From assembly GCF_006345805.1 (NCBI RefSeq), contig NC_043000.1:8804001-8868000 (forward strand): a stretch of 64,000 bases of DNA. Reading direction: 5' to 3'. The notes below the pieces were generated by a model. That model worked only from the letters and a program-made list of their open reading frames with translations. It searched no databases and was not told the DNA's origin. A program made the translations under genes and the position numbers. This DNA is from Octopus sinensis (lineage: Eukaryota). The first letter of the stretch is position 1; every line of letters begins with the position of its first letter. Shown piece after piece: positions 1-11,649 of the stretch.

Positions 1-895
1 GTAACATTCGTAGCACAATATGGTTAGGTGGTCAGCTCTAATGTCACTTTTGACAATATGTGATCGGTTGATGTCTCTACGGAAAGACGTACAAGTCCAC
101 ATGACATTCATATCACCAAAGAATGATTCCGAAGTTTGTTTCTTTTGACAGTTAAATTTACTTATCAGCGTAAAACAACATCGATTTGCAGACTCTTCAA
201 CCAACCATACCGTTCGAGGAATTTCTATATTCACATCTTCGGTCAATCCTGTATTTCCGCTATCTTCTGTAGTTAAATTTGAAGCCCTCCCATAAAAGTA
301 TCCAGTTTATCATAGCCTGTGCATATCAAATTGGGACCAGCACACGATGTCATCTACATTATCGAAACTACAAGAACTACACACGAATCGTTGTTCCGGC
401 TCGTTGAGATAAAGCTAACAAAGAGTTGCACCGCACACTTTAGCTCGGCGTTATTTATCGATCCAGCAACAACAAATTATCAGCTCTACACATCGATCCA
501 CTAACAAAGCAGCAGGTGACTGACGTCTTTGTGGATAATATCAGACAGGGCAAGTAACTCCTACTCATTCTTTTGAGGGTGCTGAGAGAAAGGCAGCAGT
601 GGCAGCAGTAGTAGGAGCAGTAGCAGTGGTAGTGGTGATGATGGCAACGATGTTGGTGTTCATCGTTGTGGCAAAAGGCTTTAATAGAAGAGTTGTCTTT
701 AAGCTATTCCAAACATGACCGTCTCACCTCTGTTTTCTTTTTCAGGTGGGCTTTTATCTATGTAGTATATTTATGCTCACTCATTTAAGAGCAGTTTGGT
801 ATGATATGAGGAAGACTTCTAGCAGAACGGGACAGTGATAGGGAACACGACACTCTCTACTGCTGCTGCTGCTGCTGCTCCTCCTCCTCCTCCTC

Positions 896-931
<36 letters not shown>

Positions 932-1008
932 GGCGGAATTTGAACTGAGTACGTAAAGCCAGAAGAAATGCTATTAACCATTTTGTCCGGTGTGCTAACG
1001 ATTTAGCC

Positions 1009-1045
<37 letters not shown>

Positions 1046-1139
1046 GTAGTAGTAGTAGTAGTAGTAGTAGTATAGTAGTAGTAGTAGTAGTAGTAGTAAT
1101 AGTATCAGCAGCAGCAGCAGCAAAATAATGGTCGTATTC

Positions 1140-1782
1140 GAACTGGCCGAATCGTTAGCACACTTCTGGCTTTACGTTCTGAGTTCAATTTCCACCGAGG
1201 ACAACTTTATCTTTCGTCCTTTCGGGATCGATAAAATACGCTACCATTCAAGCAATGGGGTCAGTATAATCGATTAGCCCCTTCTCCCGAACTTCCTGGC
1301 CTTGTGTCAAAATTTGAAATCATTATTATTATTAGGCGAGCTTGGCAGAATCGTTAGCACGCCGGGCAGAATGCTAAGCAGCATTTCATCTGTCTTTATG
1401 TACCGGGTTCAAATTCTGTCGAGGTCGACTTTGCCTTTTATCCTTTCAGGATCGATAAATTAAGTACCAGTGAAACATTGGGGTTGATATAACTGACTAG
1501 TCCCCTCGCCCAAAATGTCAGGCCTTGTGTCTATAGTAGAAAAGATTATTATTATTATTGTTAGTAGTAGTAGTATTAAGGCGACGAGCTGGCAGAGTCG
1601 TTTGCATTCTGGGCAAAATGCATAGCGGCACTTCATCCGTCTCTACGGTCTGAGCTCAAATTCCGCCAAGGTTGACTTTGCCTTTCATCCTTAGGGGTCT
1701 ATAAAAAAGTTGATCATTGCGTTGATGTAATCAACTTATCCCCCCCTCCGAAACTGCCGACCTTAGGCCAAAATTTGAACCC
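1140..1782 (+). mobile_element. Three head-to-tail copies of SINE family A (tRNA-like head, gccttt-catcctttcggggtcgataa core)
   Basis: Copies at 1140-1321, 1334-1544 and 1578-1782, with A-box-like tggcagaatcgttag and B-box-like gagttcaaattcc. Confidence 0.85.
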
Positions 1783-2089
1783 ATTACTATTAGTAGTAGT
1801 AGCATTTGTGGTAGTGGTAGTGGTGAGGTGATGGTAGTGGTAGGAGTAATAGTAGTAGTTAGTTTGGTAATATCGATGCCTTTGATATCTTCGATGGAGT
1901 AGGTGATATATTAAATGCAGCCGTCACGGATCCAAAGCAAAGTAATTATAAAGGCTTGCTTTTAATATTATTTTCCTTGATAGAAATTACATACACGCAC
2001 GCGCGCGCGCACATCCGCACACGCACACTCTCACACACACACACATACACAACCTCACATACTACATTCATTCTACGTGTGTGTGTATA

Positions 2090-2668
2090 AAGCGGTGAGC
2101 TGGCAGAAACGTTAGCACGCCGGGCGAAATGCTTAACGGTATTTCGTCTACCGCTACGCTCTGAGTTCAAATTCCGCCGAGGTTTACTTTGCCTTTCATC
2201 CTTTCGGGGTCGATTAAATAAGTACCAGTTACGCACTCGGGTCGATGTAATCGACTTAATCCATTTGTCTGTCCTCGTTTGTCCCCTCTGCGTTTATCCC
2301 CTTATAGGTAGTAAAGTAATAGGTATTTCGTCTGTCTTTACGTTCTGAGTTCAAATTTCGCAGAGGTCGACTTTGCCTTTCATCCTTTCGGGGTCGATTA
2401 AATAAGTTCCAGTTACGCACTCAGGTCGATGTAATCGACTTAATCCATTTGTCTGTCCTCGTTTGTCCCCTCTGCGTTTAGCCCCTTATGGGTAGTAAAG
2501 AAATAGGTATTTCGTCTGTCTTTACGTTCTGAGTTCAAATTCCGCCGAGGTCGGCTTTGCCGTTTGTCCTTTCGGGGTCGACAAATTAAGTACCAGTTGC
2601 GTACTGGAGTCGATCTAGTCGACTGGCCGCGCCCCCAAATTTCGAGTCTTGTGCCTAGAGTAGAAAAG
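2090..2668 (+). mobile_element. SINE A trimer (head plus three cores)
   Basis: ggtatttcgtct recurs at about 2140, 2322 and 2506. Confidence 0.85.
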
Positions 2669-2881
2669 ATTCTATGTCTGTGTGTATGTATGTGTGTGCC
2701 TTTGTGCATGTACGTATATTGAGATCTATAAATGCATGTATGATGTGTGTGTTGTGTATGGGTGTATGGATGTATGGATGTACCTAAATCTGTTGATTCA
2801 TCTGAAGCAATAAATCAGAGGAGTCAGTAGAAATGTAAACTATATTTTAATAGTTATGTATACGTGCATACATACATACAT

Positions 2882-2912
<31 letters not shown>

Positions 2913-2929
2913 TACATACATACATATAT

Positions 2930-2980
<51 letters not shown>

Positions 2981-3014
2981 GATATAGATACGTACATACA
3001 TACATACATACATA

Positions 3015-4199
3015 CAGGGTGCGTAAGGTTTTTGAGGATAGATTCATGTTTATAAAGAAAACAGATATATTATGACATAATAACTTTATTTATCAAAGAA
3101 TGTTATGAGGATAAAAATAAATCTTTTCTATAATGTTATTCAATAAAGCCACCTTAATCTTCAACAACTGCTTCTCTGGTTCATTTTGGACATTATCCTG
3201 ACTGTGGCAGCTTTCATAGAATCTTTGGTGTTAGGGGCGTGTCCTTTGACCTCTTTCTCAACGACGCTCCGCATGTAATAGTCCAATGGATTGTGGTCTG
3301 GGGAATTAGGAGGCCAAATATTAGGGGTTATGTGATCATGAAAATTTCCAGCCATCCATTGCTATGTTACTAGAGCCATGTGTGATAGTGCAGTCATACT
3401 GAAACACATATGACCTTCCATTGCATACACTGTATATCCAGGGCTTAACAATTATTTTCAGGACCTCATTGTAGGCGACAAAGTTAACTCTAAGACGTAA
3501 GGAGGCATCACATGTCCTTCATTGCTGACAACCCCTAAAACCATGACAGTTGCAGGAAAGTTTCTATGCATAACACTTGGAACTTCCGAAGAGTCTGCAC
3601 ATAACCGCCTGTCATTTCTTCTGTTAAATTTTAGATCTTGGTCGAAGTTTTACTCGTTTGAGAAAAGCCAAATCAAATATTCTGCTGGATTTTTCAATTT
3701 GTTTAAGAACCTTTTAGATTTGATGTACTGATTTTCTTTTGCTTTTATTGACAAATTGACCTTTCCTCATCATATAAGATTTATATCTGATGTCTTCGTG
3801 GACAACAATTCTGACAGTTCCTTCTGACACATGGAGATCTTTTGCAATTGAGCACATGGACTTTCTGGGATTGTATTCAATAGTCTGTTGAACTTCCTAG
3901 ATAAATTCAGGTATTCTGATGATTTCAGAGCATTTAGGATGCTTTTTATGCTTTGATACGGGTGGTGCGTTTCATTTTCGGTCTCTAACTCCTTACAAAT
4001 TTCGTAGACGAAAGATCTGGTAACTTTTAAAAATCAAGATATTTCTAAATTTATAACCACAATAACAGCATGCCTCTTCATTTCTTGAATAAGCTGAGGG
4101 TCGGCCATTATTATTTTCTGAAACAAAGATTATACAGAGTCAGCAAAAATGCTGCAATGACCCCAAAAAGGTATGTCTTCATATACCTTACGCACCCTG
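3015..4199 (-). mobile_element. Tc1/mariner (maT/DD37D-like) transposon with decayed transposase
   Basis: TIRs cagggtgcgtaagg (3015) and ccttacgcaccctg (4186-4199), with TA at the left end. Minus-strand peptides include MADPQLIQEMKRHAVIV and WPPNSPDHNPLDYY. Confidence 0.85.
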
Positions 4200-4346
4200 T
4201 CTATTTTTTTATATATATATATATATAGGGAGAATTCACACAAAAAAAAAACAAAAGACGAAGACAGGTGGTGTAGAAAACAAACAGATGTATTAGTATA
4301 ACGCTCGGAATGAAAAAAGGTATGTAATATATATATATATATTATA

Positions 4347-4402
<56 letters not shown>

Positions 4403-4451
4403 TAGATATCACATATATATACATATATATATACATATATATGTATATGTA

Positions 4452-4498
<47 letters not shown>

Positions 4499-4780
4499 TT
4501 CAACAATTGAGGGTAAAATTAATTAATTAATCAATTTCACCAAGTATTCAGTATGCAAAGGGACCATTTAGGGAATTCAAATTATACATTAGATAAAAAG
4601 GGCTTAGTAAAATAAATTACTTTGCCGCATACTGAACTCATTAGAAATAGCAGCTAAAAAAACTTTTTTAAAACTATTTCTAATACTTAAAGAAAACCTC
4701 TCTCATATAGTGTTTGCTCAATTCAACCCACGACAAAGTATGGGGGTAGAGACATTAAAAAATCAAATGCAAAGGTTATT

Positions 4781-4833
4781 TGAGAACGTACGTTTCAAGA
4801 TTAGTCAAACTCGACACTTCTATCATCAGCTCA
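4781..4833 (-). ncRNA. Type I minimal hammerhead ribozyme, array copy 1
   Basis: Minus strand reads UGAG-CUGAUGA-[U AGA..GUC..GAC..UCU U]-GAAAC-GUAC-GU-U-CUCA. Stem I is UGAG/CUCA, the stem III loop GUAC is palindromic and the triplet is GUU. The base of stem II is U.U. Confidence 0.7.
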
Positions 4834-5333
4834 GAACTCCCTGGTTTGGATTTGAAAACACTGAAAGTGGGAGCATACCCTTTCGGCTTCTTATCGCTTC
4901 TGAATATCTGCTCGAAACTAACAGTGCCAGAAACTCAAATATGCAAGCGAAGAATTTCTGCTCTCCCCTTTCCACCAGCGTGGGTTAAAATCAGCAAACA
5001 CTATGCTTTTTTCGAAAATCCGAGCATTAAATAGAGAGAGATGAATTATAATTCAACAATTGAGGGTAAAATTAATTAATTAATCAATTTCACCAAGTAT
5101 TCAGTATGCAAAGGGACCATTTAAGGCGAATTCAAATTATACATTATATAAAAGGGCTTAGTAAAATAAATTACTTTGCCGCATACTGAACTCATTAGAA
5201 ATAGCAGCTAAAAAAACTTTTTTAAAACTATTTCTAATACTTAAAGAAAACCTCTCTCATATAGTGTTTGCTCAATTCAACCCACGAAAGTAGGGGGTAG
5301 AGATATTAAAAAATCAAATGGCAAAGGTTATTG

Positions 5334-5386
5334 TGAGAACGTACGTTTCAAGATTAGTCAAACTCGACACTTCTATCATCAGCTCA
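5334..5386 (-). ncRNA. Type I minimal hammerhead ribozyme, array copy 2
   Basis: Same motif as copy 1. Confidence 0.7.
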
Positions 5387-5888
5387 GAACTCCCTGGTTT
5401 GGATTTGAAAACACTGAAAGTGGGAGCATACCCTTTCGGCTTCTTATCGCTTCTGAAGATCTGTTCGAAACAACAGTGCCAGCAAACTCAAATATGCAAG
5501 CGAAAGCTTTCTGCTCTCCCCTTCCACCAGCGTGGGTTAAAATCAGCAAACACTATGCTTTTTTCGGTAAAATCCGAGGCATTAAATAGAGAGAGATGAA
5601 TTATAATTTCAACAATTGAGGGTAAAATTAATTAATTAATCAATTTCACCAAGTATTCAGTATGCAAAGGGACCATTTAAGGCGAATTCAAATTATTACA
5701 TTATATAAAAGGGCTTAGTAAAATAAATACTTTGCCGCATACTGAACTCATTAGAAATAGCAGCTAAAAAAAACTTTTTTAAAACTATTTCTAATACTTA
5801 AAGAAAACCTCTCTCATATAGTGTTTGCTCAATTCAACCCACGAAAGTATGGCGGTAGAGACATTAAAAAATCAATGCAAAGGTTATT

Positions 5889-5941
5889 TGAGAAAGTACG
5901 TTTCAAGATTAGTAAAACTCGACACTTCTATCATCAGCTCA
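5889..5941 (-). ncRNA. Hammerhead motif, array copy 3 (stem III disrupted)
   Basis: Reads GAAACGUACUUU instead of GAAACGUACGUU, so G16.2 is lost. Confidence 0.5.
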
Positions 5942-5958
5942 GAACTCCCTGGGAGTTC

Positions 5959-6010
5959 TGAGCTGATGATAGAAGTGTCGAGTTAACTAATCTTGAAACG
6001 TACGTTCTCA
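5959..6010 (+). ncRNA. Hammerhead motif in the inverted arm, copy 4
   Basis: tgag ctgatga tagaagtgtcgagttaactaatctt gaaac gtac gt t ctca. Confidence 0.65.
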
Positions 6011-6285
6011 AATAACCTTTGCATTTGATTTTTTAATGTCTCTCCGCCATACTTTCGTGGGTTGAATTGAGCAAACACTATATGAGAGAGGTTTTCTTAA
6101 GTATTAGAAATAGTTTTAAAAAAAGTTTTTTTAGCTGCTATTTCTAATGAGTTCAGTATGCGGCAAAGTAATTTATTTTACTAAGCCCTTTATATAATAT
6201 ATATATATATAATAATATATATATATACATATATATACATATATATATACATATATATACATATATATGTACATATATATATATG

Positions 6286-6342
<57 letters not shown>

Positions 6343-6575
6343 CTATATATATATATTAATCAATATAGGGTGGCAAAAAATTTTGTAGAATTTTTTTGCC
6401 ACCAGCGCCCCTAGTGGGAAAAATTAAATAGTCATATACCATTTTTAAGTTCAACATCACAATCAGGAACGGCCATAATAGGCCATTCACCCACTAGAAA
6501 TAACAGCCAAAAGCTTTAACCGCAAAATAACATCAATTCCGTAAACCAGGAGAAAATTAAAACATTTACCCTGTA

Positions 6576-6681
6576 ATTTCTTATACGATGCACCGTTTCA
6601 TCTACTGTTTAATGGTAAACTAACCTGATTAAATAAATCAAGCCAATCTACCATAGGCCCTTAGATTCATCAGTAAGAAAT
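6576..6681 (-). ncRNA. Type I hammerhead ribozyme with extended stem II (left arm)
   Basis: AUUUCUUA-CUGAUGA-AUCUA...UAGAU-GAAACGG-UGCA-UCGU-A-UAAGAAAU. It has an 8-bp stem I, a 5-bp base to stem II, a palindromic UGCA loop and a GUA triplet. Confidence 0.85.
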
Positions 6682-6717
6682 AGCCAAGTCGGAACAGATA
6701 TCTGTTCCGACTTGGCT

Positions 6718-6825
6718 ATTTCTTACTGATGAATCTAAGAGCTATGGTAGATTGGCTTGATTTAATTTAATCAGGTTAGTTTACCATTAAACAGTAGATG
6801 AAACGGTGTGCATCGTATAAGAAAT
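6718..6825 (+). ncRNA. Type I hammerhead ribozyme with extended stem II (right arm)
   Basis: CTGATGA at 6726-6732, GAAAC at 6800-6804, GTA at 6815-6817, stem I atttctta/taagaaat. Confidence 0.85.
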
Positions 6826-6951
6826 TACAGGTAAATTTTTAATTTTCTCCTGGTTTACGGAATTGATGTTATTTTGCGTTAAAGCTTTTGGCTGTTATTT
6901 CTAGTGGGTGAATGGCCTATTATGGCCGTTCCTTGATTGTGATATATATAT

Positions 6952-7021
<70 letters not shown>

Positions 7022-8198
7022 CTTTATATCTTTATATCTTATATACTCTACATTTTTATATTTTTCTATACTTACACTTTTTATATATTTTTATCCTTCG
7101 TCCTGAATTCTCGCCCCTCCATCTTCACATCTATATATGTATTTATTTATTAATATATTTACATTACTTCAACATCCAAATTCCTCATTCTACATTGAGA
7201 GAAGAAAGAGATGGACGCTTCAATTCTATGCTGTTGCCGCATTATGTCGTACGCGAATGAGAGGATTTGCATCCCCAACCAAGAATTCCTGATGTAACAC
7301 ATGTCCTTGTGGAAGCTGTTGTGCGCGGCTGAAGAAGGCCACAGACATACATTATGCATTGTTATAAATCTGTCTAATAAAGGCCCGACAATATTGCTTA
7401 CCGCTGAATCCTTTGCATCATGTTTTTTTATTTTGATCAATTTACTCCACCACCTACACCACCAAACGGTATACACAGGTGCTTATAATTATCAAGTACT
7501 CACCCCGAATTTCTATATATAAATTTATATATATATTTATATATATATACATATATATACATGTATATGTATATATACATGCACATTAGTACGTATGTAA
7601 TGTTGCATTTATCTCTGCGTTACATCTTTGCATGCATCAGAAATAGATGTGCTAGAGAAGCCAAGGTCACATGTAAATAATTGTATACGAGTAGGAAGCG
7701 TTGGTGGGGTGAGGCTGAGGTGAGGGGTGATGGAGGTGGTGGAGGTCGTGATTATAGTATTCGTAGTAGAATAAGAAATAATGGATTTTCAGTCATTGAT
7801 ACATGCATGTATAATTAGATAAAATCAATCGCGTTCAAATATCTTTAAATACAATCGTATGCACATACACACACACACGCACACTCACATACCCACACAC
7901 GCATAAACACATTAATACACACACACACGTAATCATGTATCTGTATAAGCATATATTATAAGCGTACATATTTCAAAATATAAAAATAAGCATGTATAAA
8001 TGTATATATGTATGTACTAAACACACACACGCACACATACATTCACACGCTCACACACGCACACATGCATGCACGATACGTGTGTGGGTGTAATGTGTTT
8101 AATACACTCATGCATATATATAATAATGCATGCACTGATGTGCGTGCGTATGTATTGATATATGCTTATATGCTCATATAATTATGAAATAGATATAA

Positions 8199-8235
<37 letters not shown>

Positions 8236-9146
8236 TATATACATATGTATATATATATATATATATGTAATGTACCGATCCGTAATAGAATATTCAACCA
8301 AAAAAAGTACGCCATCTGGTGAGAGATAAAGATCATTTATTCGAAGGTGGCGATGCATGTATTAAAACTAATTGTTTCATATGTTAAGATAACTCAAACA
8401 TATTCTTCAGGTGCAAACCACTTATCATAACGAATTAAAGAAATTGAATAATAGAAGAAACGCCCAAAAATTGAGAAGGCAGCATATAGAAAATGCAGGC
8501 AGTAAACAACACAACGGAAAATGAAAACAGGATTTGCCTCGTTTGTTTTCGTACTTCACGTTGTTTACACAGTTGGTGACCTCCTGTATCCATATATGGA
8601 GATATATATATACATATATATATATATAAAAAGAAGAATTCAATATGGACGCCTATTACGTCGATTATTCTATGAAGTTTTCCGATGGGTGGATAACTGA
8701 AGAGATGGTGGTGTGGATTTCCACCTCGGCATCCGAACTCAGAGTTTTATTTTGGCTACCGAATAATTGTCACATATTACATTTACATATATACATATAT
8801 ATGATATACCCTATACATACACACGTCCATACCCCGCATACGCACTTATACTCTCTCACACACCACACACCTATACATACCAATACGTACTAATACATAC
8901 TAATACATACTATACATACACCAACCCCCATACATACGCACGTCCAGACCAATCCCACGCACTGATACTCTCTCATACACACACACACACACACACACAC
9001 CCTTATACATACGAATACATACACCAACCCTATACATACACATCCAGACCCCTCCCACGTCACTTTAGCTGGTCCCTCAACCCTATTATCTCCCCTTATT
9101 TCGCTCTCGCGTCTCATGTTTGATCTTTGACCTCTGGCCGAAATCA

Positions 9147-9357
9147 GATCGCCATGTTGATTCGTTAGCTACTGCACGCATTTTTTTTCTCTCCTTCTTT
9201 CTGTGTTTTTCTCTCTCTGTGTATCTTTCTGTTGAAGAGCGTAGGCCCGAAACGTTAAAGACTTGTTTTATTTATATTTCCTGAGCTCATACTAATACAA
9301 TTGTTCGTTTGTTTTCACCTGCCTTCGTCTTTTGTTTATTTTCATAAGCTTCCCGTT
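9147..9357 (+). mobile_element. Short dispersed PLE-like element with hammerhead-like motif (CUGUUGA core)
   Basis: Near-identical reverse complement of 27894-28116. The motif is at 9224-9261. Confidence 0.6.
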
Positions 9358-9473
9358 TATATATATATATATGTGTGGTGTGTGTGTGTTGTGTTGTGTG
9401 TGTGTGTGTGTGTGTAAAGATAGATAGATAGGTAAATAGGTAGGTATGTAGGTAGGTTGCTAGGTAGTAGGGA

Positions 9474-9507
<34 letters not shown>

Positions 9508-9543
9508 CTATAGATAATAGATAGATAGATAGATAGATAGATA

Positions 9544-10403
9544 TGTTTCTTTATTAGCCACACAGGGCTGCACACAGATAGAACAAATTACAAGGTAGAG
9601 CTTTTCTTTTGAAGGTTTAAAAAAAAAAAAAGAAGGGGGGAGTTTCGATCAAAAGGGATCGTAAAAGGAGAGAAAGAGGACAAAAAAGGGGGGTTAAAAA
9701 AAAGGGGGAGAGGAAAGAAAATGATCAATAGGGATCGTTATCACAGAAATGTCAATATGAAGTGTAAAGGGGAGGACAGATGAGGTTTACCCGTGGAAAG
9801 AAAAGCCTACGGAAAAGCCACGGTAACCTCGGTCAATGAAGTCACATTTTATATTTTTCTTTTTTTTTTTTTTTGCAAATAAGCAACTCTCTGTTTTCAA
9901 TTTCTGGTCATAGGATTATGCTCAAGGTGCTTCGTCATTCATACGTGCCATTCTTGCTACATTCACCCATCTTTTTTTAAAACATTCGCTAGACAAAACT
10001 TGCCTCTCTACTCTCACTTTCCTTTTCAAGTGGTACATTTACGTCCATTTACGCGAATTACCGAACGGATGCCTCTGTACAAGGCAGCTATCCAGTCGCG
10101 GAAGACGGGACCGAAACCAGCCGCTCTCAGGACTGCCTCCAAGTATCGATGGTCTACCCTATCAAAGGCTTTCGATTGATCCAAGTTGATCAGGGCCCCA
10201 CCCATGCCAGGTTCGTTAACTACCCTGTCTATGATGTAGCGCATCAGATGGAGGTTGTCATGGATGGTCTGGCCTGGCACGGCGCACGTTTGCGCCTTGT
10301 CGACCAGTTTCTCGATGACAAGCGCCAACCTCTTGGCTAGCACCTTGGCCAAAATTTTCAAGTCTGCATTAAGCAGAGTGATGGGCCCTAAAGTTATCTA
10401 TTA
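9544..10403 (-). mobile_element. Tx1/L1-clade LINE: RT fragment fused to the ORF2 end and 3' UTR
   Basis: KILAKVLAKRL..QTCAVPG..IHDNLHLMR..LDQSKAFDRVDHRYL is an RT segment. It ends in AATAAA plus a (TATC)n tail and is cut by the gap. Confidence 0.9.
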
Positions 10404-10503
10404 NNNNNNNNNNNNNNNNNNNNNNNNNNNNNNNNNNNNNNNNNNNNNNNNNNNNNNNNNNNNNNNNNNNNNNNNNNNNNNNNNNNNNNNNNNNNNNNNN
10501 NNN
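10404..10503. other. Assembly gap (100 N)
   Basis: Run of N. Confidence 1.
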
Positions 10504-10755
10504 AACGTTTAGTAGATGAAATCTAGCGACTGAAGAAGGGGATTTTTGTTGTGCTTATTGTCCTTATCTCTCCTTTTTTTTTGCTTGTCTTGTTCCTGGT
10601 TTGTGTCTATGTGTTTCGTCTCTCTATGTGTTCGACGTCTTTTTGATGTCCTGTACACATATATGCGTGTATATGTACATGTAGAGTAGGTACGTACATA
10701 TATGTTTATAATATGCATATATTCTATTTTATTAACATATATATATATATAATAA

Positions 10756-10802
<47 letters not shown>

Positions 10803-11078
10803 ATGTAAGTATACATATATATATATACACATACATACATACATATAAATATATTATATATATCTACAATAATACATATATATATATATGTATGTATGTA
10901 TATATATATATATATATATCTATATAACATATATATATATGCATACACCACACACACACATAGATATATATATATATATATAAATAGATATATATAGAAA
11001 GATAATTAATGAAGAGAAAGGTAATAAATGTTATGTCATTGAGAAATATATATATTATATATATATATGTATACATAT

Positions 11079-11124
<46 letters not shown>

Positions 11125-11649
11125 TATATATATATATAATATATATATAATATATACATATTATATACATATATATATAAACGATAATTAATGGAAGAGA
11201 AAAGTAATATATGTATGTCATTGATAAAAATTTATATCTTGTGGTGAATTACAAACTACTAATAAAGGATAAATACGAGTACTTTGCTACAAAGATTTAT
11301 CGATTAAAAAATTGTTTGATCAACCGATTTACAACCAAGTCACTGTATTAGAGTGCCGTACTCTTGTCTCGTTAACATAAGTTCATACAAACGCAGAGAG
11401 TTCTTGCGCAACAAGGATGGAGCATCCATCTGCATACACACATATTCATATGCACACACATTATGATTCCGCTTAGCCATACCTATATACGAAAAGGCAG
11501 TTATTGGAACTCAAAATACTTATATTTTACAATACACTATCAGGTCAGTATAGAGTGTAATATCAACTAATGAGTGATAAAAGAACAGAAGTTATATAAT
11601 CACTTACATTATCTTACGACTGTCGCTGCTATTAGTAAACATGCACCAA

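Larger units (their letters stand above)
4501..6200 (-). mobile_element. Retrozyme-like / Penelope pseudo-LTR tandem array: about 2.6 direct ~555-bp units ending in an inverted partial copy
   Basis: Unit start caacaattgagggt recurs at 4501, 5054 and 5610. The array folds back at 5950 (agaactccc-t-gggagttct), making 5699-6200 a palindrome. It is flanked by (TA)n, and each unit has a hammerhead motif. Confidence 0.8.
6456..6943. mobile_element. 488-bp spacerless palindrome, probably a Penelope-like fold-back insertion
   Basis: Centre is gat|atc at 6699/6700. The arms match almost base for base, each carries a hammerhead, and (TA)n lies at or near both ends. Confidence 0.75.

Noticed and set aside
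7159-7476. 105-aa non-repetitive minus-strand ORF
   Set aside because: It has no recognisable motif or splice context, and its length is within chance expectation for 64 kb.
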